From an uncultured Planctomycetaceae bacterium (lineage in GTDB: Bacteria > Planctomycetota > Planctomycetia > Pirellulales > Thermoguttaceae): 64,000 bases of DNA. Under the pieces are notes generated by a model. It saw only the letters and a program-made list of their open reading frames with translations, was not told where the DNA came from and did not search any database. Below, piece by piece: positions 26,998 to 36,838 of the stretch (position 1 is the first letter of the stretch; every line of letters starts with the position of its first letter). The translations under genes and the position numbers were made by a program. The DNA lies in NCBI GenBank assembly GCA_964631235.1, contig CAZVZX010000013.1, positions 15,013 to 79,012 of the forward strand, written 5' to 3'.

Positions 26998-29001
26998 ATG
27001 ACGCGCATTCGTGCCGCTGCGGCGGTGCTCAATCAAACGCCGCTCGATTGGTCGGGCAATTCGGCACACATCACCAGTGCGTTCGAGGCGGCCCGAGAGG
27101 CGGGAGTTTCATTGCTTTGCCTTCCCGAGCTTTGTATCACCGGCTACGGCTGCGAAGACGCCTTGTTGAGCTCGGGCCTGCAAGCGACGGCATTGGAAGT
27201 CCTTCAAGAAATCGCGCCGGCGTCGCGCGGGCTGATCGCCTGTGTCGGCTTGCCTATGCTTCACCGGCATGCCTTGTTCAATTGCGCGTGCTTGCTGGTG
27301 GATGGGGCGATCGTCGGTTTCGCGGCGAAACGCTACTTGTCGGGCGACGGCCTGCACTACGAGCCGCGATGGTTCAAGCCGTGGCCTACCCACGTTTGTG
27401 ATTTCGTCGATGTCGGCGGTACCGAATATCCGATCGGCGATCTGGTGTTTGATTGCGGAGGGGTGCGGATCGGCTTCGAGATTTGCGAAGATGCCTGGGT
27501 AGCCGGGCGGCCGGCAGCGGCCATGACCGAACAGGCCGTCGATGTGGTGCTGAACCCCAGCGCGAGCCATTTCGCATTCGGCAAACATGAGGTTCGCAAG
27601 CGGATGGTTGTCGAGGGATCGCGGGCGTTTCACCTGAGCTACGTTTATGCGAACCTTCTCGGCAACGAAGCCGGGCGGGTGATCTACGACGGCGGCTCGA
27701 TCTTGGCCTCGGGCGGCAGGCTGCTGGCGCTGGGGCCGCGGTTTTCCTACCGCCCGCTGGTGTTGACCTCGGCAGTGTTCGACGTGCAGGCCACTCGGAT
27801 GGCCGCGGCGCAATCGGTCAGCTACCAACCGCGATTGGGCGATCGATCGCCCAACGAGGTGGAAGTGGAATATCGCTGGCCCGACGTTGCGCCGGAGCCG
27901 GTTCAGCCCGCGGTCGAGCCGTGGGAGCAGGGCGATCGGGTCAAATTTGAGGAATTCGCCCGTGCCGTCCCGCTGGCGTTATTCGATTACTTGCGCAAGA
28001 GCCGGTCGAAGGGGTTCGTTGTCAGTCTGAGCGGCGGGGCCGATTCGTCGGCGGTTACGTGCCTATCGGCGATGATGGTGCAATGGGCGTGGCGCGAATT
28101 GGGCCGCGACGGGTTTTGCAAGGCTCTTGGCCACATCGAGGGATTGAATGAGGCGCAATCACCGCGCGAGGCCGTGGGCCGACTGCTGCACTGTGTTTAT
28201 CAGGTGACGCGGAACAGCAGCGCGACCACCCGCGAGGCGGCTCGACGGGTTGCGGAAGCCGTCGGCGCACGGTTCTCGATCATTGATGTGGATCAGTTCG
28301 TCGATGGCTATGTGCAGGCGGTGGAAAAGGTGCTCGGCCGACCGCTCGACTGGCAGCGCGACGACGCGGCGTTGCAGAACATCCAAGCGAGAGCTCGCGG
28401 CCCGAGCGTGTGGCTCTTGGCCAATGTCGCCGGCGCACTGCTGCTGGCTACGAGCAATCGCAGCGAGGCGGCCGTGGGGTACGCCACGATGGACGGTGAC
28501 ACGTGCGGGGGGCTTAGTCCGATCGCCGGCATCGACAAGGCGTTCTTGCTGCAATGGCTTCGGTGGCTCGAAACGGCGGGCCCTGAGCCGCTGGGGCCAA
28601 TCCCCGAGTTGGCCGACGTAACTCGGCAAGCGCCGACGGCCGAATTGCGCCCTCCTGATCGCCACCAAACGGACGAAGACGACTTGATGCCGTATGCCGT
28701 GCTCGATGCGATCGAGCGGGCCGCCATTCGCGACCGTCTATCACCGATCGAGGTATTTCGGACAGTTCGACCTTTATTCCCTGACTTCTCGGCCGATCAG
28801 ATCCACCTGTGGGTCGATCGTTTCTTTCGGCTGTGGTGCCGCAATCAATGGAAGCGAGAACGCTACGCTCCGTCATTCCACCTAGACGATGAGAACCTCG
28901 ATCCGCGGAGTTGGTATCGCTTTCCGATTCTGTGCGGCGGTTACGAACGAGAACTTGCCGCGTTGCGGCAAATGGTGCGCGCATCCAGCGGCCGCACTTG
29001 A
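26998..29001 (+). CDS. nadE: Glutamine-dependent NAD+ synthetase (long form)
   Basis: 667 aa. N-terminal CN-hydrolase domain (FEICEDAW). C-terminal NAD synthase domain with the SLSGGADSS PP-loop. Confidence 0.9.
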   Translation: MTRIRAAAAVLNQTPLDWSGNSAHITSAFEAAREAGVSLLCLPELCITGYGCEDALLSSGLQATALEVLQEIAPASRGLIACVGLPMLHRHALFNCACLLVDGAIVGFAAKRYLSGDGLHYEPRWFKPWPTHVCDFVDVGGTEYPIGDLVFDCGGVRIGFEICEDAWVAGRPAAAMTEQAVDVVLNPSASHFAFGKHEVRKRMVVEGSRAFHLSYVYANLLGNEAGRVIYDGGSILASGGRLLALGPRFSYRPLVLTSAVFDVQATRMAAAQSVSYQPRLGDRSPNEVEVEYRWPDVAPEPVQPAVEPWEQGDRVKFEEFARAVPLALFDYLRKSRSKGFVVSLSGGADSSAVTCLSAMMVQWAWRELGRDGFCKALGHIEGLNEAQSPREAVGRLLHCVYQVTRNSSATTREAARRVAEAVGARFSIIDVDQFVDGYVQAVEKVLGRPLDWQRDDAALQNIQARARGPSVWLLANVAGALLLATSNRSEAAVGYATMDGDTCGGLSPIAGIDKAFLLQWLRWLETAGPEPLGPIPELADVTRQAPTAELRPPDRHQTDEDDLMPYAVLDAIERAAIRDRLSPIEVFRTVRPLFPDFSADQIHLWVDRFFRLWCRNQWKRERYAPSFHLDDENLDPRSWYRFPILCGGYERELAALRQMVRASSGRT

Positions 29002-29011
29002 TAATTGCAGT

Positions 29012-29046
29012 CGTGCCGTCGTTGCCGCTGGCGAAGGCGACGCACG
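29012..29046. terminator. Imperfect hairpin between convergent nadE and the response-regulator gene
   Basis: CGTGCCGTCG (29012-29021) pairs with CGACGCACG (29038-29046) with one bulge. Confidence 0.25.
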
Positions 29047-29102
29047 GTATGTCGCGCACCGGACGAGCATGCCTATCGGCTGCAACTGTGCCGCCGCCCG
29101 TC

Positions 29103-30476
29103 TCAGCCGGTTTTGCTCAAAGCGTTGGACTGATTCAGCTTGTTGTAGAGCGTTTTCAGACTGATGCCCAGCTCTTCGGCCGCCTTCGCTTTGTTGCCAT
29201 TGTGCCGACTGAGCGCTTCGTGGATCGCTTGCACTTCGAGTTCGCGAAGGTTGACGGTCGAGATCGTCCGGGCCGCGGTCGGCTTCGGCGCGCTGAATCG
29301 TTGAGGCAGGTGCTCTTGCCGGATGGGAGGTTGCGCGCAGAGGATCAACGCGTGGTCGATCACGTTGGCCAGTTCGCGCACATTGCCCGGCCAGCTATGG
29401 CGTTTAAGGACCGCGGCGGCCTCGGGATCGAACACGGGATCGTCGGGCCCCAGATGCGTCCCGCGCCGTGCCAGGAAGTGCCGTGCGAGCAGCTCGATAT
29501 CGTCGATGCGTTCGCGCAGCGGGGGCAGGGCGATCTCGAACGTGTTGATGCGAAACCAGAGATCCTCGCGGAATTCGCCGGCCGAAACCATCTCGTCGAG
29601 CCGCCGATTGGTGGCGGAAACAACGCGGACATCGCAGCGGAACGGTTCGTTTTCGCCCACGCGCCGCACTTCGCCGCTTTCGAGAAATCGCAGCAGCTTC
29701 GCCTGCATCGCCTTGGGAAGTTCGCCGATTTCGTCGAGGAACAAAGTGCCGCCGTTGGCGACTTCAATCAGGCCGACGCGGTGTTCGTCGGCGCCGGTGA
29801 ACGCGCCTTTTCGGTGGCCGAACAGTTCGCTTTCGATCAGGTTCTCGGGCAGAGCGCCGCAGTTGACCGGCACAAAGGGGCCGTCAGCCCGGGTGCTGTG
29901 ATCGTGAACGGCCCGGGCGGCCAGCTCTTTGCCGGTGCCGGTTTCGCCGAGGATCAGCACGTTGGAATCGCTCGGGCCGACCAGGGCGATCAGTTGCCGA
30001 ACGCGCTCGATCGGCTCGGATTGGCCGATCAGCCGAGGCTCTCCCTCGATTCGATCCAGCCGCGCTTTCAACGCGCGATACTTGTTGGTCAGTTCGCGCT
30101 TGTCGGCCACTCGTTTTAGAACCCGCTCGATCTCGGCCAGCCGGCAGGGCTTGGTCAAGTAGTCGAAGGCGCCGTGGCGCAGTGCGGCAACGGCTGTTTC
30201 CAACGAGCTCTTGCCGGTGAGCACGATTGCTTCCGTTTCGGGAGAAAGCTGCTTGGCTCGCGCAATGACCTCGATGCCATTGGCTCCCGGCATGTCGAGA
30301 TCAACCAACACGCAGTCGTAATGATTGCGTTCCAACGCAGCCAAGGCGGTTGTGCCGTCGGGGCAGATCGTGGCTTCATGTCCCAGCCGCGGCAGCTCCC
30401 AACGCATCAACTCTTGCAGCGAAGGTTCATCATCGGCAAAAAGCAGCTTGAGTCGTCGGTGCGGACTGATCGTCAT
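29103..30476 (-). CDS. Sigma-54-dependent response regulator (NtrC family enhancer-binding protein)
   Basis: REC domain (KLLFADDEPSLQ...CVLVDLDMPG). AAA+ Walker A GETGTGKE. GAFTGA loop (HRKGAFTGADE). C-terminal Fis-type HTH (KAKAAEELGISLKTLYNKL). I prefer ATG 30476. Confidence 0.85.
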   Translation of the reverse strand: MTISPHRRLKLLFADDEPSLQELMRWELPRLGHEATICPDGTTALAALERNHYDCVLVDLDMPGANGIEVIARAKQLSPETEAIVLTGKSSLETAVAALRHGAFDYLTKPCRLAEIERVLKRVADKRELTNKYRALKARLDRIEGEPRLIGQSEPIERVRQLIALVGPSDSNVLILGETGTGKELAARAVHDHSTRADGPFVPVNCGALPENLIESELFGHRKGAFTGADEHRVGLIEVANGGTLFLDEIGELPKAMQAKLLRFLESGEVRRVGENEPFRCDVRVVSATNRRLDEMVSAGEFREDLWFRINTFEIALPPLRERIDDIELLARHFLARRGTHLGPDDPVFDPEAAAVLKRHSWPGNVRELANVIDHALILCAQPPIRQEHLPQRFSAPKPTAARTISTVNLRELEVQAIHEALSRHNGNKAKAAEELGISLKTLYNKLNQSNALSKTG

Positions 30477-30625
30477 CACAACGAGATTCCTTGCATTTGG
30501 GCCGAACGGAAGCTGAACGGACGTGTGATTGCCAGTGACGCTTCGGGGGAGCGGAAACACGTCTGTTCGGCGGTTTTCTCAATAGTCAATCTTTCATTCG
30601 ACAACGGGGAAGCGACGCTGCCCGC

Positions 30626-32389
30626 TTACGCCGCGCGCGCCCAAGTGGCCGTGTGCGCCAACGGCAAACGGACGCGGAAGGTCGAACCGGCGTCGGGCCC
30701 CGGGCTTTCGCCCTCGATGGCGCCCCCGTGATCGGCGACGATGCGGTACGCGATCGACAGCCCCAGTCCGGTCCCCTGGCGTTGGCCGGTTCGTCGCCGC
30801 GTGAAGAAAGGCTCGAAGACGTGTTCGAGCACCTCCGCGTCCATGCCGCAGCCGGTGTCGGCGACGATCAGTTCCGCCCAGTCGCCTCGCTTGGCCAAGG
30901 TAATGGTCACGCTTCCGCCATCGTCTAAGCTGTCCAACGCATTGGTCAACAGATTCAACACTACCTGTTTGATCTCTTGCGGATTGACGGCGACGACGAG
31001 CGGACATCCCTGGACGAACTCGATGTGGGCTCGCTGATAGGCGCCGATATGCCGCACCATCTCGATTACGCCCTGTACCAACTCGCCGAATTCCACTTCT
31101 TGCCTGCGCGTGGGGCCGACTCGGGCGAAATCGAGCAGTTTTTCGGTAATCTCTTTGCAGCGAAACGCCTCTTGCTGAATCATCCGCAAATAGCGCAGAG
31201 CCACTTGGTCGTCGGAATTCGGCGGCGGATGCGTATCGGTTGTCGCAGTTGCCTGTGTCGAGTCGGCATCGGAGCACTCGGCGGCGCGCCCCTGAAGAAC
31301 GGCCTGCAATCGGCCCTCGAGCGACTCGGCGCACATGGCGATCGAAGCCAGCGGATTGTTGATCTCGTGCGCCACGCCGGCCGCCAGGAACCCGACGCTG
31401 GCCAACTGTTCGCTGCGGACGACCTGTTTGGTCCGCTCTTGAACCTGCCGGTCGAGATCGTCGCGAATCGCTTGAAAGCGGGCGGTCATGTCATTGAGCG
31501 CTTGGGCGAGTACGGCCATCTCGTCGCCGGTGTTCAGTTCGATGCGATGGTCGAAATCGCCGCTCGCCACGCGGCGCGATCCGTTAATCAAAACTTTCAA
31601 CGGCATAAAGACCCAGCGAAAGAATAAATGAACGAGCAGCGCCAGAAGCAGGGCGGTGATGACGCTCATCAGCCAGGTGCCGACGATCAGCGTTCGGTAC
31701 TCTCCGCGAACCTCGTCGGAGAATCCCGCCAACTTGCTATGCAGATGGCTGGGCAATTGCGCGGAAAGCGATTGCAGGCGGGCCAGCTCGCGATCGAGTT
31801 GAGCGACGCGTTCGCCTTCGAGCATCCAATTGGAATCGTCGGTCGTTTCTCGAACCACCCGCAACGTCGCTTGAATTGCTTCGACGGTTTTTCGTTCGGG
31901 CTCGTTGTCGGCGATTTGGAAATCCGCTTCGAGTTTATGGTCGAGCTGCCGTTGATAGCGCCCGAGAGTCTCAATCACCTCGTCCACTTGACTGCGGAAC
32001 AAGTCTCGAACAAGCCACAACCGCGACGGCAGTCGCTCTCCCGATCCCGTCGTTGGGCTGTGAGGTTGAAGCCGGTAGGCCATGTGCAGGCCGTGCAATT
32101 CTCCCAATGTGACGCGCAAATCGCCGACATGGTGGTTCAGCTCGGCAGCGACCGGCAGTTCACCCACGCGAGAGCTCAGGCTTTTGACCAATCCCCGGTA
32201 AGCGTAGGTCGTGTATAATCCGCCGCCCGCTAACAGACCGACCAGCAGCAAGAGAACGCTCAACCCAATGAGAATCTTCGCTCGAATCGGGCGACGACCG
32301 AAGCGCAATCGCAGTGCGCCGACAAAGCCCCACCGAGCGCGGGGGCGATTCGACGGATCAGCCGCCCGCGGAACCCCGGGCGACGACAT
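30626..32389 (-). CDS. Sensor histidine kinase (two TM segments, ~200-aa extracytoplasmic region, HAMP, HisKA, HATPase)
   Basis: HAMP segment (GSRRVASGDFDHRIELNTGDEMAVLAQALNDM). H-box HEINNPLASI. N/G boxes LLTNALDS, DTGCGM and GTGLGLS. I prefer ATG 32389 (MSSPG...ILIGLSVLLLLVGLLAGGG). Confidence 0.8.
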   Translation of the reverse strand: MSSPGVPRAADPSNRPRARWGFVGALRLRFGRRPIRAKILIGLSVLLLLVGLLAGGGLYTTYAYRGLVKSLSSRVGELPVAAELNHHVGDLRVTLGELHGLHMAYRLQPHSPTTGSGERLPSRLWLVRDLFRSQVDEVIETLGRYQRQLDHKLEADFQIADNEPERKTVEAIQATLRVVRETTDDSNWMLEGERVAQLDRELARLQSLSAQLPSHLHSKLAGFSDEVRGEYRTLIVGTWLMSVITALLLALLVHLFFRWVFMPLKVLINGSRRVASGDFDHRIELNTGDEMAVLAQALNDMTARFQAIRDDLDRQVQERTKQVVRSEQLASVGFLAAGVAHEINNPLASIAMCAESLEGRLQAVLQGRAAECSDADSTQATATTDTHPPPNSDDQVALRYLRMIQQEAFRCKEITEKLLDFARVGPTRRQEVEFGELVQGVIEMVRHIGAYQRAHIEFVQGCPLVVAVNPQEIKQVVLNLLTNALDSLDDGGSVTITLAKRGDWAELIVADTGCGMDAEVLEHVFEPFFTRRRTGQRQGTGLGLSIAYRIVADHGGAIEGESPGPDAGSTFRVRLPLAHTATWARAA

Positions 32390-32839
32390 TCGTTGAGACT
32401 GGCTCACGCCCGACCTCCATGTCGCAAACGCAAGTCGTTTTACAATTCCTGCGGCGCGAAATGGCCTCTTTCTCGCAGGAGAGAACCGCCTATGGTAAGA
32501 GAGTGAGAATGTACCAACCTTAGCCGCGAAGGGCAAGAAAGGCGGGGACGAATAGGCGGTGGTCGGTGTTTGGGGCGGATAGGAAAAAGCGGTGCTGTGG
32601 CGAAGATGGTGCTCGCTGCGTGATTAGAGCGTTGCTCTTGCCTGTTTCGCACTGGGTGTTCGTTAGTCGCTCCAACGCAATACGACAACGCTAAGTCGTG
32701 GCAGTTGATAATCTGGGAAGGACAACAGCCTTACTGTATTTCCCGGTTTGAATACCCAGCTTTACTGGTTTCACTTTCGAGGCGATTTAGCGCTGTCGTG
32801 CTGCAATCCATCCTCTCGGGATACTGGTACCGACGGAGA

Positions 32840-35800
32840 TCAGTTCGCTTGCCGCGAGTTGGATTGGTTCTGATCAACCGGCGGTTGAGGAAGCCGATCG
32901 ATCAGAATTGGACGGAAACCCACGTTAATAGCGCGCAGCCAACGCGGGTACACCAACCGATAGCTGCATCTGGCCCGAACCGGCGGGTCGTAAAACGATC
33001 CACCGCGAACGACTTTCCCGGGGAAAGAAGGGGACGTTGCCGGGTTGGGACTCTCGGTCATCGCCGCCAAGGGGGCGTCGGTTTCGGTCCACTCGGCGAC
33101 GTTGCCATGCATATCGTACAGGCCCCACGGATTGGCGCGGAAGCTCGCCGTCGGGGCGGTGACGACGAAGCCATCGTTGAATTCGCGCACGGCCGAGAGC
33201 GCACCGTCGATGAGCAAGTGCTCTAAGCCGCCGGTGATCAAGGGTTTTTCGCCTGGACCGAACGAACGATCGGCCAAGTTGGCCCAACGGGTGAAGTCTG
33301 CGTTGATGTCGCCGAACGCCATCGCGCTGCCGCTGCCTGCTCGGCAGGCGTACTCCCATTCTTCTTCAGTGGGAAGTCGGCATTGCACGTCCGCCTTCTC
33401 CGACAGCCAGCGGCAAAACGTTCGAGCGTCGTCGAACGACACCCGGACTGCCGGTTGCTCGGGCGAATCGAGCGGCAATCCTTGATCGTCGGGTTCGATG
33501 TGACGTTTTGCGTAGTAGCCCGATCGATGCGCGGAATGGAAGCAATGGTATTGCCGGTTGGTGACTTCTGTGGCAGCGATCCAGAAGGGGTGCTCGATCC
33601 GCACCGGCCGCGGTTGTTCATCGGGCAATCCGCTCGCGTCGCCCATCATGAATTGACCCGCCGGGATGCGGACGAAGACCATTTTCGTGCCGGCCGCGAG
33701 TTCGATTTCCCGGCGAGTGATGCCGAGAGCCTCTTGCCGCGTTTCGGCTATCCCCGGGGGCCAGGGCCAATCGTCGGGTTGGGTAGTGGCCGAACAGGCG
33801 ATTGCCCCAAACCACGCCTCTGGGGGCGACGATGCCTGCTGTTGCTTGGAGATCAGGTGGACCGTGCCGGAAGGCGATACGGGTTTAGGTGGCGCAGTCG
33901 GGGCGGACATTCGATTCACCGAAGACGCGATTGAATAGCCCGGGGTCGGCGGGATTTGCTCGGGATCATCCGCCGGACCGCCGAAGAGCCGCAGCAGCTC
34001 CATTCGCCGCTTGTGGATGTTTTCGGGGATGGGAAAGGCCTCGTGCCATGTGCCGTGACATGGGGCGTTCAGATCGATCCAAGTGAATAGACGCTCCCAT
34101 GCTTCGCGGTCGAGACGAACGCCGCCGTGTCCCTTGGCCAACAACTGAATCAGCGGGCTCGTATCAGCATAGTACTCGCCGGGAACAAGCAGGCTCACGT
34201 CGTCTTCGATGCCCACCCGACGAACGAGCGGCGCCAGCACTTCGTACGATGGTGTGTAGCGAACGAACCCTTCGCAGGGCTTCAACGAGGGATGCAGCCG
34301 TTGGACGGCCAGTGCGGAAAGCGGGCGGCCGCGATAGTCGGGGCGTGCCTCTGCGCCGCGCAGGTCGCACAGGCCGGGCTGAGAGCCGTCGTGGCAGGAG
34401 ACACAGTGACGGTCGAGCACCGGCTGCACCTCGCGGGCGAAGCTGAAGCCGCGTGCCGGGCCGTACCACGGGCGAAGCGTGTCGGGCGGGCGGTCGAATG
34501 CCGCCAACGCGCTCTGTCGCGGCGATTCCCGCAAGTCTTCGTGACAACCGACGCACCCGACCTGCTCGCCCGGCATGGCCGTGTACCAACTGCGCATCAG
34601 TTGCACGGCCTTGCCGTGTTCGTCAAGGGCTTGGATTGCAATCGGCGTGCAGGCGGGAATGCGGAACGCCGCCGAGCCATCTTCGCGAACCGGGGCCGTG
34701 CCGAGGATGCGCATGACTTCCCACGGCCCGCCCCAACCGACCACATCCGGCCCCGCCAGTCCGGGATAGCCGAAGTGGTAGGCCACCACGCGCACGCTCT
34801 TGATTGTGCCCCGCGGCACGCCGGCGAGGCCGGGTCCCTGATAAATGTCTTGAATGAAGGTCGTCGCCTCCGAAGTCGTCAGATCGATTCGTTCGGGGAT
34901 GACCGGCGGGACGGATTGACGAAGCACGGGCACAGGCTCGAACAAACCGAAGTCGGGCCGCTCGGCGACGAGTACGAGGTTGTCGAATACGTCCGCCAGA
35001 TAAATGCCCCATCGCCCGCCCCGCCGCAACTGCGCCGCAACCAAGAAGTGCTTGTCGCTCAGCGGAAAGGGGTGCAGGAATTTGGGCCAGTCGTCGGCCA
35101 CGAGATTGTCGCGGATGCGAGGAGCGATCGGATCTCCTCGACCGGAAATCCGGCAAACGATGCCGGTATGTTCGCGGGTGCCGCGATTCACGTCGAGTAC
35201 GACCAATTGGCCCATCCGGTGGGGCCCATGGTAACCGGATAGCACTGCGACAAACCTCCCCCGCGCGGTCGGCAGCGGTCGCGGAAAGTACAAAGCGTTG
35301 GGAAACCACGAATTGCTGCCGTAGATCGCCCGCTGACCCGTGCCGTCGGGATTCATCACCATCAGTTGCCGCATGAAGATGTGATTGATGCCCGTGTAGT
35401 CCCAACGATGATAAAGCACTTGCCCATCGGGCGTGACGCTGGGGTGAAAGTTGTGATCTTGGTCGTAGCATAGCCGGCGAGCGTTGCGGCCGTCGGCATC
35501 GGCGGTAAACAGATTGCTGACGACCTTCTGTCCGTGCCAGCACGGCACCGCTTGCATCGGCGCCGAACTGCCGAACACAATCTTGCCGTTGGGCAAATAG
35601 CAGGCATCGTAGGCATCGACGTCATCGGGCATCTGGGTTACTCGCCGGTAGTCCTTGCCGTCGATTCCGATTTCGGCCACGAACCAATGCTTCGCATCGG
35701 ACTGGGTGAATAACACGCGATCGGCGTTCCAATGCACGTCCGCCTCGCCGACATAACCGCGATCGACAGGACGAAATACGGTGCGCCACGGGGCGAGCGA

Positions 35801-36370
35801 ATCGTTCGGATTGAATGCACAAAGCTCGTTGTCGTAGCCCATTTTCGGCAGCGACGAGTTGCACTCGTGATTCGACGGAAAGCCGTACTCGAGCCCAGCG
35901 TTGCCGCCGTGCGAACGCAGCCCGAGCGACGGAGCCGATTCGACAAGGCTGCGGCGTTTGACGACGAGAATCTCGGACAGATTACGGACCAACGGATTGT
36001 CCAACAGGGCCTCGCGCTGCAACTGGGCGAGTTCTTCGACCGCTTTGACGCTGCCCTCGCGGAGGACTTTTTCGATCTGATCAAGCCGACGGAGGTAGTG
36101 TTCAGCCTTGGGATATTCGTTGGCGAAGTCGGCGGCCAAGTCGGCCACGGCCCGACGCGTGGTCTCTAAGCGATACAGGGCCAAGTCGGAATCGTTCGCA
36201 TGCGATTCGACCGGCAGACGGGTCGGCTTTGCCGGATCGCCGGCAGCCGCGCATGCGGCCCATCGTTGTGCGCCGATCGTCCCGACGACTAGCAGCACCA
36301 CGATGCCCAGCCGGCCGACGGGCGTGTTTCTCACTGGAGAAATCGAGAGTGTCGAGCGTATGCGCATCAT
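32840..36370 (-). CDS. Giant secreted multidomain protein: propeller-like N-terminal region, two CxxCH haem motifs, C-terminal FGE/SUMF1-type domain
   Basis: ATG 36370 gives MMRIRSTL...GIVVLLVVGTIGAQ (signal/anchor). CVGCH codons start at 34555 and CVSCH codons at 34405. C-terminal 280 aa (about 32843-33682): FVRIPAGQFMMGD, LPTEEEWEYACRAGS, NPWGLYDMHGNVAEWT and VVRGGSF, which are formylglycine-generating-enzyme family signatures. Confidence 0.7.
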   Translation of the reverse strand: MMRIRSTLSISPVRNTPVGRLGIVVLLVVGTIGAQRWAACAAAGDPAKPTRLPVESHANDSDLALYRLETTRRAVADLAADFANEYPKAEHYLRRLDQIEKVLREGSVKAVEELAQLQREALLDNPLVRNLSEILVVKRRSLVESAPSLGLRSHGGNAGLEYGFPSNHECNSSLPKMGYDNELCAFNPNDSLAPWRTVFRPVDRGYVGEADVHWNADRVLFTQSDAKHWFVAEIGIDGKDYRRVTQMPDDVDAYDACYLPNGKIVFGSSAPMQAVPCWHGQKVVSNLFTADADGRNARRLCYDQDHNFHPSVTPDGQVLYHRWDYTGINHIFMRQLMVMNPDGTGQRAIYGSNSWFPNALYFPRPLPTARGRFVAVLSGYHGPHRMGQLVVLDVNRGTREHTGIVCRISGRGDPIAPRIRDNLVADDWPKFLHPFPLSDKHFLVAAQLRRGGRWGIYLADVFDNLVLVAERPDFGLFEPVPVLRQSVPPVIPERIDLTTSEATTFIQDIYQGPGLAGVPRGTIKSVRVVAYHFGYPGLAGPDVVGWGGPWEVMRILGTAPVREDGSAAFRIPACTPIAIQALDEHGKAVQLMRSWYTAMPGEQVGCVGCHEDLRESPRQSALAAFDRPPDTLRPWYGPARGFSFAREVQPVLDRHCVSCHDGSQPGLCDLRGAEARPDYRGRPLSALAVQRLHPSLKPCEGFVRYTPSYEVLAPLVRRVGIEDDVSLLVPGEYYADTSPLIQLLAKGHGGVRLDREAWERLFTWIDLNAPCHGTWHEAFPIPENIHKRRMELLRLFGGPADDPEQIPPTPGYSIASSVNRMSAPTAPPKPVSPSGTVHLISKQQQASSPPEAWFGAIACSATTQPDDWPWPPGIAETRQEALGITRREIELAAGTKMVFVRIPAGQFMMGDASGLPDEQPRPVRIEHPFWIAATEVTNRQYHCFHSAHRSGYYAKRHIEPDDQGLPLDSPEQPAVRVSFDDARTFCRWLSEKADVQCRLPTEEEWEYACRAGSGSAMAFGDINADFTRWANLADRSFGPGEKPLITGGLEHLLIDGALSAVREFNDGFVVTAPTASFRANPWGLYDMHGNVAEWTETDAPLAAMTESPNPATSPSFPGKVVRGGSFYDPPVRARCSYRLVYPRWLRAINVGFRPILIDRLPQPPVDQNQSNSRQAN

Positions 36371-36838
36371 GGTGCTATTGTGCAAAAAAGGAAAGGACGG
36401 TCGAGGCGCGGTTTCGACCGGGGAACAACTTGGCCGCTGAAGGCAACGATCGATGACCTTGCAACCCGCACCAAGTTTTTGCGCGGAAAAAGGTTTCCAA
36501 TGTTGTCGGCTTGGTTGTTGCATTGGATCGGCCGGCCAAATACATTGAAATCGCTTGCAGAACATTTCGCAACGGTATTTCCCGCCAGTGAGCCTGTTTT
36601 TGACGGCCTTTTGCAGCGATCCTTTCGCTGCGGTCGCTTCGAAACAGAGAGGAAAAACGACGTCGGCGATCGGGCCAGTTCAATCCCTGGTCGAGGTAAT
36701 TCGGGTTACTTGATCGAGCCAACGCATTTAATCGTTCCACGCATGCGTGGAAGCGGCCGCCGTCGCAGCGACCGATTGCGTGCAGTGCCTGTTGGAACCG
36801 CTTTCCGTTGTTCGTGGTTTTTTGTGGGAGAACGATCC

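Noticed and set aside
36737-36750. A perfect 14-bp palindrome, CCACGCATGCGTGG, about 90 nt upstream of the Gfo/Idh/MocA gene.
   Set aside because: Roughly four 14-bp perfect palindromes are expected by chance in 64 kb, and there is no second copy or other supporting context.
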